Shown in pieces: positions 54,150 to 64,000 of a stretch of DNA of 64,000 bases. The notes beneath the pieces were generated by a model, which saw only the letters and a program-made list of their open reading frames with translations, made no database searches and was not told the DNA's origin. Each line of letters begins with the position of its first letter. Position 1 is the stretch's first letter. Source of the DNA: Selaginella moellendorffii (taxonomy: Eukaryota > Plantae > Lycopodiophyta); NCBI RefSeq assembly GCF_000143415.4, contig NW_003314275.1, positions 1,245,955-1,309,954 of the forward strand, given 5' to 3'. Both the position numbers and the translations under genes were made by a program.

Positions 54150-54980
54150 AAAAGCAATCGAAGTGATAGTCTTCTAGAGCAAGCTTGAAAGTACCAACTC
54201 GCTACTAAACCAACATGGCTGCACAAAGTTAGAACGCTCCGGAACGTCAACTCGTCCGGCTTGACACCCTCGAGATTCATAAGCTGGAAGACTTCCACTG
54301 CTCGATCATAGTGCCCGTTCTGGGCGTTTGTCGTCCAGGAAACCAAGGTGCACATCTGCATGCTCTCCAACATGCTCCTGGCGGTGCTCAAGTGGAAACT
54401 TGCGTGAGAGCTATCCAGCAGACAATGGTCTTGCACAAGATCTCGTGAACGGCCTCAAAATGCCATTCTCGCAAATGCGAGGATCCACGGTACTGGATTC
54501 TTCTCCGGGATTTGATCGAAGATGTTCTTCGTGAGGGCGACGAAGCCCTGGTGGCTGTCGTCATCGCCGTCCACGCACCACGTCTTGATCTGGCATGAAA
54601 TCAAAGATGTCTTTCGCAGTGGCCAAATCCCCCCTCTGGTAGTCACCGCTGTGCTGGTGAAGGGGAACCGATGGAACATCCTGTCATTCTGGGCGTAGCA
54701 CAGTAGTAGGACACGAGATCCTTGGCCGACATTTTGTCGAAGGTCGATTTCGCTGCCAGAATTTGCCCCTGGTGCGCGAGCGCCATTACCATCGAGTTCC
54801 ATGGCGCTCTGAGAAGCAATCAAACATAGACTCTCAGTCACGGATCCGGGATGCTGCCACATGCGCGGTTCCAAGAGACGGAACTCCGTGTTCTTGTAAA
54901 GCTCAAGATGCCCGGACTGGGCATACAGTGTAATGAGTGCAACCACGTCATGATCCGGCATAGAATCGAAGATCTTCGAA
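54150..54980 (-). pseudogene. PPR fragment (copy B of local duplication)
   Basis: MPDHDVV, AVEVFQLMNLEGVKPDELTFRSVLTLCSHVGLV; frameshifted. Confidence 0.8.
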
Positions 54981-55559
54981 GATGGCTTGTTTGAGCATTG
55001 AAGTTTAAATTGATCCAGGCACGCTATTGATTAGCAGCAAAGGTAAGTCCAAGGCTGGAGGTACTTTCAAATCCTGGGGAGCTTGAGATTTCATCAAGGC
55101 ACTTTCTTGTCGTGTTCCTAGCAGCAACAAACAAGACAGAGATTGATGCCACTAGGACCACATATCCTTCGAGAATGTCTTTATAAGCCTCGGAAAAACT
55201 TATGCTGCACTCATGTCCTTAAGTTTAAGGTGTTAGCCATGTAGATCGACATACTGGATCCACCTCTGCCCAAAGATTCGAAAAACTCCATGAAATTTCA
55301 AGTCACACCCACAAGGTTCAGTGTGTGAAGAAGAGGGAAAATACTCGAGGCCGAAAGGTGGCTGTCCTTCACAAGAGTGGTTAGAGCGAAAGAAGAACCG
55401 TGGAAAAGCAATGCTTGTGAGTCTAGTTTGAAGATTGGGATCCCCGGACAAGTCATGAAAACTGAAGAGAAGAGAGTCGATCAGCTCGACTAACAGAGCT
55501 ACATTCTTTATTTCATGAGATTTGCACAAGCGCCCCCGCCGGGAGCAGCCGGTCGTCAT

Positions 55560-55890
55560 CGAGGCACCATGTAGTTAATGGCAATGGCGGTGGTTTTCCA
55601 TGGCATTGTTCTTGAGCACAGATTTCTGGGGGGGGCCAAGCGCATCCACCAGGAAAAACGTCTCCAGCGGCATTTAGGTTCCTTGTCATGGAAAAGTGTA
55701 TGGAAAGTGCGGGCGCGCAGCGGACGTCTTGGGAGCCTTCCACAAGATGGAAGATTGAGATGTTTTCTCGTGGCGATCGCGGCATTTGCCCACAACGGGC
55801 AAATGTGCATCCGAATTCTCTTGGCAGCTATCAATGTCGATCCAACGGAGATCCATGCACTCGTCTCGTCGCTGCATCACCCTTGCACGT
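55560..55890 (+). pseudogene. PPR remnant
   Basis: FHKMED*DVFSW / AIAAFAHNGQ across frames. Confidence 0.55.
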
Positions 55891-56199
55891 ATGTTTGTTT
55901 ATTCTATTTTTATTATTTCAGCCCTCTTTCTTCGCAAACACGAGATGAATAGAGACCCTTACTTGGCCTTGGATCTGGATCCACTTAGTTTCAAATGGCC
56001 GATCAAGGTAAGAAACTTTGTTTACCTTTGGGCATTGTACAAGTCCTCGTACTTGCGGCACTTGCTTCCATCAGCTGCCAGACCCCGCTGCTCATTGATC
56101 AGCTTTCAGGTGTTAGCAATTTGCCACCATTCTCAAAGAACTAATGTTTGACTTTCTTATCGGTTCGCAAATTCTTCCCAGGTCACCAGTAATCTCTAC

Positions 56200-56820
56200 G
56201 TACCGTTGCTGAAGTGATGGAACCGGCAAGGCGTCTCCCACAGTTATAGATTGTCCCACCATCTTGGACACAAAATTCTTCATGATCCTCAGCGGCAACC
56301 CTTGGTCCCTGGTGATCAATCCAAAAGCCACAACGCTGTGGTAGTGCAGCAGCTCCTCCTTTTGCTCCTCCCTACGCTCCTCAACGATGTCGTCGCTGTG
56401 ACCATAAAGCTGTGAACTTCGCTACCAAGTCGAACGATGTTGCTGATCCCTGGAACTTTTCTCACTCGCCTCGACTGAGACCTTATCCCACCTCACCTCC
56501 CAATCGACGAGTACATGTTTGAGAGAACAACGTAGGCAGTTGTGTAGCAGGGCTCCAGTGCTTTCGAAGATCTTCACTGCAACTCTCTCAGCACAATCGG
56601 CTATGGAGGAGGCAAGCTCCCAACAGCAACATCCGGATCACGACATCTGGAAGGAATGGCATCGAGTTTGACGAGCTCCTCCGCACTCAGAGTTGTCCCG
56701 GATCGACCAGGACGTTGATCATGAAGAAATATAGAGTGCCCTCTAGTCGCCACCATCTCAAAGTATTGGCTGATCAAGACGAAGTGTTCCCAGCTCCTTG
56801 GATGCCACGCCTTCTGTCAT
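56200..56820 (-). pseudogene. Decayed E/DYW-domain end of a PPR gene
   Basis: YVVLSNMYS (E domain), AFGLITRDQGLPLRIMKN..VSKMVGQSITVGDA (DYW with the CxxC segment deleted). Confidence 0.7.
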
Positions 56821-57016
56821 ACTCTAGCACACCAATATGTATATAATTGACTTAATACCAGTAAGTATTGATAATTATCCACAAAGATCATACCTAGGCT
56901 AATCGGCTTGCCAGAGAGACAATAGCTGCTACAAAATATGAGATTTATCATGCTACGGTCAATCAGAGAATTCCACGGGTTACAGAATGCAGATGCGGTG
57001 CACATCAATAGAAGTG

Positions 57017-57544
57017 NNNNNNNNNNNNNNNNNNNNNNNNNNNNNNNNNNNNNNNNNNNNNNNNNNNNNNNNNNNNNNNNNNNNNNNNNNNNNNNNNNNN
57101 NNNNNNNNNNNNNNNNNNNNNNNNNNNNNNNNNNNNNNNNNNNNNNNNNNNNNNNNNNNNNNNNNNNNNNNNNNNNNNNNNNNNNNNNNNNNNNNNNNNN
57201 NNNNNNNNNNNNNNNNNNNNNNNNNNNNNNNNNNNNNNNNNNNNNNNNNNNNNNNNNNNNNNNNNNNNNNNNNNNNNNNNNNNNNNNNNNNNNNNNNNNN
57301 NNNNNNNNNNNNNNNNNNNNNNNNNNNNNNNNNNNNNNNNNNNNNNNNNNNNNNNNNNNNNNNNNNNNNNNNNNNNNNNNNNNNNNNNNNNNNNNNNNNN
57401 NNNNNNNNNNNNNNNNNNNNNNNNNNNNNNNNNNNNNNNNNNNNNNNNNNNNNNNNNNNNNNNNNNNNNNNNNNNNNNNNNNNNNNNNNNNNNNNNNNNN
57501 NNNNNNNNNNNNNNNNNNNNNNNNNNNNNNNNNNNNNNNNNNNN
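57017..57544. other. Assembly gap (N run)
   Basis: 528 N. Confidence 0.99.
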
Positions 57545-58139
57545 GGTTCGATTCCTGATGAGTATGTAGTCACCACCATCTAAAAAGTATAAAATAGCTA
57601 ATGTAGTTTAAAATCCCATATTCGTAAATACACCCCCATTGCTTTCATTGTAATTTGTAGCTCTTTTAGAACATGGGTACCAACCCAAAACATGATATTC
57701 CAACTTACAGGCCTTGCCAAGAGTTTGTAAGTTTAAACAAAATGGTGGTCAATAGAGATCAAATTGATGTACATATGATATAATATTCTTCTTTATGTTT
57801 AATTGCAAAAACAAGTTTACTCACTTCAGCCCAATACCTATAAGAAGTAGATTTTATACAATATAGCATCCTACATATTTGAGAGTATTCTGATTTTGAG
57901 AAGATTTTGAATTTTTTGCAAACTTTATAAGTTAAATTTTAATTTATATAAACCTAATATGCATTAGAGTATGCTTTCTTTAGCTATGTTCATTATCTCT
58001 TTGATCACTTGATTTCTCAACATCATGCTCTCTTGCTATAGTACATGGCAACTCCAGTGCCAACAACATCAATAACTCTAACAACTCATTAAGTAAAAGA
58101 CTTTTAGCTAAATAAATACTAACTATTAGATGGTAAAAG

Positions 58140-58209
58140 TTTTTAAAATATTTAAGCATATTCTAGCTATATCCACTTACAGCTAGAATATGCTTGAATA
58201 TTTTAAAAA
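58140..58209. repeat. Near-perfect 70-nt hairpin
   Basis: TTTTTAAAATATTTAAGCATATTCTAGCT / AGCTAGAATATGCTTGAATATTTTAAAAA arms, 1 mismatch. Confidence 0.85.
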
Positions 58210-59049
58210 CCCATTCCCTTTACAGGTTTGTTTAAGCAAACCAAAAATTAAAAATACTATAAAATTTGTAATTACTGAATCATTCATAAATTATTTCTTT
58301 TATGATAAATATAATGATTCAAATGAATAAAGTGTATAGATTGTATGATATTCTAGTGGCTTGCTTTAAATCATAAATAGATATTTTTAATCTGTAACTT
58401 CATACCAGACAGTTGTAAATAGTAGATTTTGGTATTATCTTGGCATTACAAACCAATCTTGTTTCAAGAGAAGTATAATAAGTTATTTCCACTATAGAAA
58501 CCAGATCTGTTAAAGGAGATTTACGACTTGTTGAAGATGTACCTGAAATCCTATCCTAGTTTGGATGACACTCACAGATTATTTCTTCACCCACAGAAAT
58601 CAGCGGGCATTTTCATAGTTTGTTTCTTCTCTCCTGTTTGTTCATACTCTAGCAGCTTGGCAATGTGTTACTGAGGCTACCTGCGCTTCACTCCACTCGA
58701 GGCAGAAGGGTCCTCGGGGTCATGATGCGCTGAGCACAATTTACAGTGACAACCCGTTATTCCACCTATCTCAGCTGGGGCTGTAAAGGGAATTTTGCAT
58801 GAGGGATCAAATGCAAGTTTTTCTCCGCCACCTTTTCGCCTCGCTTTTAAAATAATTGGATTGCACTCCATACAAAAGGAGCACTAGAGAAGCATGATAA
58901 TCTAGAGCGTCACATCAAGCATCAGCTAACCTTGCACGCTCGAAAGCCTCAACAAGAGTTTCCTATGGCTGAGTTCGGTGTCTACACCGCAGTAAACCCC
59001 ACGCTGGTGCCTCTGGAGATCCTTGCATGGCATTGGATCACATACCACA

Positions 59050-59400
59050 GGAAATGGCGGACGAGCGGTGGCAAAACCTCAAGGACTGGACGCACACACT
59101 CGGCCACGACCTGGATACCCTCCGACCAGGGCCTGGAATTCTGAACTTGGCAAGCCCTCCAACGAAGACAACACACTCTTCGATATGTACGTGACGACTA
59201 TCAACCCGACACTCCACTTCGGCCTTGAGAAGAAACTGCTGGAACAAGGATGATCAGCGCCTACGCGGGGGCGATCGATCCAAGCGGCTATTTGATGCAA
59301 TGCTGGAGCGCAGCAGCGTGTCCTGGAACGGAGCTCAAGCTCGATCGAGGTGACGGCCAGATTCGAGAGTAATGCCGTATCTCCTGGACGGTGAATCACG
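59050..59400 (+). pseudogene. PPR remnant
   Basis: DNTLFDMY, TRMISAYA, LFDAMLERSSVSWN across frames. Confidence 0.5.
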
Positions 59401-59522
59401 TTTGCCACTCGCGCCTCGGCGATTTTCATCGGGAAACTTTCATAGCTTTCATGCTATAGAAGTATATTTACACCGTCGTAGTTAAAACTTCTGTACAGGA
59501 AGAACACACACGTTGCTTAGAA

Positions 59523-60972
59523 CTACACAAACTTTGCGTACTCTTGCTGGATCATCTCGCCGCCGTTGACGGGATCGAAAGAGCATCGATAGAAGCTGGC
59601 AGTGTCGCAAAAACAAACGATAAGAAGTAATGTAGGTGGTATAAGCAAAGAAAGAAACAAAAGCTTGCCTTCCTTCGGATGAAACGATGAGGACAGTGTT
59701 CTTTTGGGGACCGAAAGCAACAATGGAGCGCGATTCGACTGGCAGGCGAAACTGCGCGAAAGACCACTCGGAGCTGAAATACTTGGGAAGAACCCCTGTA
59801 CGAAAGGCGAGTGTACAAAAACACAACTAACACTGCTGGAATGCAAGAAAAATACCTCTCATGAAAGAAAGAGTGGAGCCTGGATTACCCGATGCGAATT
59901 TGATTGGGCTCTCGGGGCTTCCAGCGTCCTGGTTAGCAGGAGCAGCAGCCACAGCACTGGTGCTCTCGGCGGCATCCGCCTCGGCCGGAACTTTCAAGCT
60001 AAAGACGTGAATCGTTCCTTTGTCGCTCGACACCACCAGCCACTGCGCAGTGGTCGAGAAGGCAATGCTGTAGATGTCAGCACGATCAGCTCCCCTGCGA
60101 ACCTGCGAGAGCAGAAAACTCACATAAAACCAACAGCAAAAAAGGATTTTTTTCGGAGCACAAGCCACAACAAAACAAGGGAAAAACAAAACACGAAGAA
60201 AACAAGAAACCGAGAGAGTAGAACTTACTTCCTGGAGCTGTGTTCCATCCAAAGTGTTGTAAACGCGAATGAGCGTCCCCTTGATGCTCGCAGTGGCGAG
60301 GAGCCGACCATCGAAAGTGAGCGCCAGGCACGCGAGATGCGAGTCGTGGGCCGAGATAAACTTGGTCTTCCTCAGCCCATACTGCTCCACGCGAACCTGG
60401 CCTTTGTGGAGCCCCGGGCAGGCCAGCACCACCGAGTTGGAGGACGCCGGGGACAGCGCGCACAGCCCTCTTGGATTCCCAATCGTTTCCACCTGGTGGA
60501 GGAGCTTGAGGTCCGAGAAATTGTAGACGTAGATCTTGTGCTCGAGCACCACCACCACCCTGTCCCTCCTCAGCCGAATCGCGCGAACGTCCGAGCGGAA
60601 GGAGAGCTCGCCGATGCAGCGGCTCTGGTGGTCGTCCCAGATCATCACCTTGTTGGGGAGGTACTTTGGATTGGCACCGCCGCCGACGAGCGCGAGGATG
60701 TTGCAGCGGAAGAGCATCTCCACGATGGCGATGCCGCCGTGGCTAAACTCTCGCCGGAACGTCTCCTTGAAGGGCTCGCAGTTGTAGATCCGGAAGCCCG
60801 TCTCGGTGCCACAAGCAAAGCAGCCATAATCCTGGTTGTATCCCACTGACAGGAGCCCGTGCTTGGATCTTTCCTGCGGCTGCTGCTGCAAGCTGGGAGA
60901 ATCCGTGACCCTGATCGCGGATTTCGGCTGGTCTGTGAGTGGCGGCTCTGGCGGCGCGGAGACTAGGGCCAT
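59523..60972 (-). CDS. ATG18a: Autophagy PROPPIN ATG18a-like; exons 60229-60972, 59856-60102, 59669-59795, 59523-59595
   Basis: [75 protein letters not shown]; last intron GC-AG. Confidence 0.95.
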
Positions 60973-61303
60973 CCACTCGACAAATCGATCTACCTAGCAC
61001 TAAAACCCCCGAGAAATCCGGCAAGAGAAATGCAGCGCCAGCGGCACCTCACAGCTCCATCAAAACCCTAACCGCCAAAGCCATAGCTCGATGGTAGCGC
61101 GAAGAGAGGGACATAGCTCCTGTGGAAGAACACAAGAGAAGAAGAAAGAAACCCTTGGCTCTATACCCACGTTCTGCTGGATTGGACAGGGGGTTTCACG
61201 TCCGACAAAGCAAAAACATTTCACAAGTCACTCAAATTCCGTGTCTCAAGTCCGCATCAAAGAATAAAATGGAGCCTCGTTTTCTTCTCTCCTTATTTTC
61301 TTC

Positions 61304-63006
61304 TCATGGCAATGGTTCTTGCTCGTTGCCAAGCCTGTTGAGATGGAGATAGGCATCGGTTCCTGCGAGAAAGAAGAAAATGTTTAGCACAGATGCTAGA
61401 AATCTCTGGAGAGCTCATGGATGATCCAAAAACTAGCTTTAAGAGCACCAAACTTAAGGGCTAACGGATGATCTAAAACTAGCTTTGCAAATCTATCCAA
61501 AAACTACATCCCAAACTTAAGAGCTACCGGTTGATCCAAACACCAACTTGCAAATCTCATCCCAAACTTGAGAGCTAACGGAGATCCAAAAACTAGCTTG
61601 CCAAAACTTCCAAGCAATCAATCCAGCATTCTAAGACTTAGAGCACTCAAATCAAACCGGAGGAACACTTACCGTAGCCTTCCATCGATATGACTTGCAA
61701 ATCTCCTCCAAAGTACCTCGCGTACAGCCGACTGATTGGGAGGCCATAGCCGTAGCCAGCCATCACATTCGGTGTCTCTTGCATATGCCTGCTCTCTTCC
61801 AGTGGAGACTTTGCGGTGGTGTAGAGGTACGTCCAGATCTTTGAGAGGCCGCTCCTGGGAATCCCACCTCCTTCATCAGATATCTAGAAAGAAAGAATTA
61901 GAACAATGAGGAAATGGTTTCCAGATGTTTAGCTCACCTTCACGGTGACGTCTTCGACACCATCGGCGACGATGATCCTGATGGGAGGAGATTCTTGGTC
62001 CGAATCCATGAAACGCTCCTGCACTGCACGGAGGGAGTTTTTCAGCAGCTCGAACAACATCTGATGGAGATGAGTGGGAACGTAGCTGCAGGAGAGACAG
62101 AACGTTAGAACTTGAGAGCCACGCGATAGCTGCTTGCAAGAATGCAAACATACCCTAAGGAGCACTTACGCGAATGCAAAGTTTGGGTCGCCATAGACGT
62201 GCACTTCCGGAGCACTTCCATACGTACGCATGCAGGCCGATCGAGCGTCGTCAATGGCATTCTGCGCGATCAAAACTGGGGAAACGCGGGTGGAAATCAA
62301 TCCAATGTAGCCGGGTGCTGGGTTTGGCTGATGCAACGCAACATGCTGGCCTGCAAAAAAAAAATTTCCTTTCAAAGCTCAGCCAAAAATCCTAGGTGCT
62401 AGCTAGAAGAGAGAACCACGTACCAATGAGCATACGAATTCCAATTCTCGACATATAAAAGCGGTCAAGAAACTGGTGAATCTCCGGCAGCTCAAGCAAG
62501 CCCCCTCTCCTTCCCAGCTCTTCCTTGAGCTCTTGAACTCCCATAGCAACAGTCGGGGTTACGTTGTTGTGGCGAATTTTTATCTGGTGTATCAAGTCTG
62601 TGAATTTCATCTCGTCAGCAGCGTCTTGGATCTCCGGAAACGTCCGCAAGTCTTTGAACGAGTCCACATACCAGTCACGCACCTGGAAAGCTTACGTTAT
62701 AAGATCATTTTTTTATAGCAATCAAGCAGGAAGAACAAAGAAAACTAGAGACCATACCTTTAGCACGGGAGCTTTCTCTGAGAGACCATAGGGAAGATTG
62801 TCCAGCTCCATGACGCGATGCGCAAGCCTCACGGGGAGCTCCTTGTGCAAGAACTGGGAGGAGAGGAGCAAGCTCTTCTCGGTGGGATTCGCTCCAAAAT
62901 CCATCATATACTTGAGACTCACGCCCGTCTGCTTCATATTGCTACACTTGTAGATATCATCCACCAGGCTCCTCGACAGCGTCTCGGCGAGGCGCCGGAC
63001 CGCCAT
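61304..63006 (-). CDS. PDK: Mitochondrial pyruvate dehydrogenase kinase; exons 62758-63006, 62424-62682, 62170-62350, 61938-62085, 61673-61883, 61304-61362
   Basis: [83 protein letters not shown]; alternative in-frame ATG at 63057. Confidence 0.96.
61385..61610. repeat. Intronic ~45-60 bp tandem repeat (about 4 units) in the last PDK intron
   Basis: CCAAACTTAAGAGCTAACGGATGATCCAAAAACTAGCTT-like units. Confidence 0.75.
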
Positions 63007-63626
63007 ATCCGACACGAGAATCCTAGACTGCCGCAAGAAACGAGCTGGAATCACCATCGCGCGAAGAAAATCCCGCCGATTTCCGCTCGCAGCGCCATCC
63101 TAGGAGGGCGATCGAAACTCAAAGGAGCGGGCATTTTCTTGCGCTGGAATTCCTGCTCCTGGTGTTGGCGATCGATGCTCCAGGGCGTGGGCGCCATGCA
63201 TTCCCTATCATTGGCGGCAGCCAAGAACCCTATCCATACCGTCGACGCCCCTGCTAGCCGCTACCTAGAGAGGAGTCCTTGGCAAAAGCTTCTTCTCACA
63301 AACAAACACAGGCCCATCCGCCGGCTCGGCTTGTTCCACGTGTCGAACTGCCGTGCCCATGTACGGCCCACAATCACTGTGGCTGCGACTTATGATTGAA
63401 CGGGATTTTATTTTACATTTCACTTTCCTTCTAGGACAAATTTAAATGGTGTGATCAACCAACCATTACTCTTGGTCTTCCTCTTCGGATCTGGAGATAA
63501 ATGGTGTGATCAACCAACCATTAACTTCAAACAAGTTGAAAGCAAGTTCTTCAAAATCTTGGTCTTCCTCTTCGGATCTTGAGACTGGAGGAGCAAGACT
63601 GGAACGTTTAGCTGGATTCTCAACAA

Positions 63627-64000
63627 ATGGCTCCTTTTCTCATTCTTCTTGTGTTCTTTCTAGAGGTTTCTACTAGCCAGGGGATTAAATTGCCTTTATG
63701 GAGTCTTAGGAAGTTCAATACAACAGAAGTAAATTCTATCCACTTTAATGAAGATGTGGGGGGCTACGTGACTGTGATCACATTCGGGAGTTTGACCAAC
63801 ATGCACAGCCAGCTCATGAACTTTGATTCAGGATCAGATATTTGCTGGGTGCCGATAAGAAGTTACAAACGTCGCCAGCAAGCACTCTCTTGCCAAACCC
63901 AAATCTGTAAGAACATATTTCACGGTGATTGTGATTCTGCAAATAGGTGCAAGTTTGATGTAGCCTACGATAGAGGCAATGCCAGAGGAATCATCATAGA
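63627..64000 (+). CDS. Secreted A1-family (nepenthesin/TAXi-like) aspartic protease, 5' part; runs off window
   Basis: Signal peptide MAPFLILLVFFLEVSTSQG, GGYVTVITFG, catalytic-type FDSGSDICWV, Cys-rich insert; open frame to window end. Confidence 0.8.
   Translation, partial: MAPFLILLVFFLEVSTSQGIKLPLWSLRKFNTTEVNSIHFNEDVGGYVTVITFGSLTNMHSQLMNFDSGSDICWVPIRSYKRRQQALSCQTQICKNIFHGDCDSANRCKFDVAYDRGNARGIII

Noticed and set aside
56938-57583. ~200 aa ORFs in the ORF track
   Set aside because: Artefacts of the N gap
59704-60849. 381 aa plus-strand ORF opposite ATG18a
   Set aside because: Antisense shadow ORF with no domain features

Overview
Eukaryotic land-plant genomic DNA. Very short introns, compact GC-rich genes and many decayed PLS/DYW-type PPR fragments suggest a lycophyte such as Selaginella (inference, not proven). 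Five spliced genes look intact: a group IId WRKY, an FHA2-like gene (two predicted micro-exons) head-to-head with a CLASSY1/2-like SNF2 remodeler, an ATG18a-like gene (one GC-AG intron) and mitochondrial pyruvate dehydrogenase kinase. A secreted A1 aspartic protease runs off the right edge, and there is a frameshifted kelch-like ORF pair. The rest is nested, decayed transposable elements: a chromovirus, other gypsy and copia remnants, a LINE remnant and a MITE. Most notable: (i) three copies of a Cassandra-type TRIM whose LTRs carry a 5S rRNA-derived Pol III promoter core; (ii) Helitron-like termini around captured gene/PPR/copia fragments; (iii) four W-boxes packed in a WRKY intron; (iv) an inverted repeat built into the chromovirus 3'UTR/LTR. 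All coordinates were read by eye and TE boundaries are approximate.
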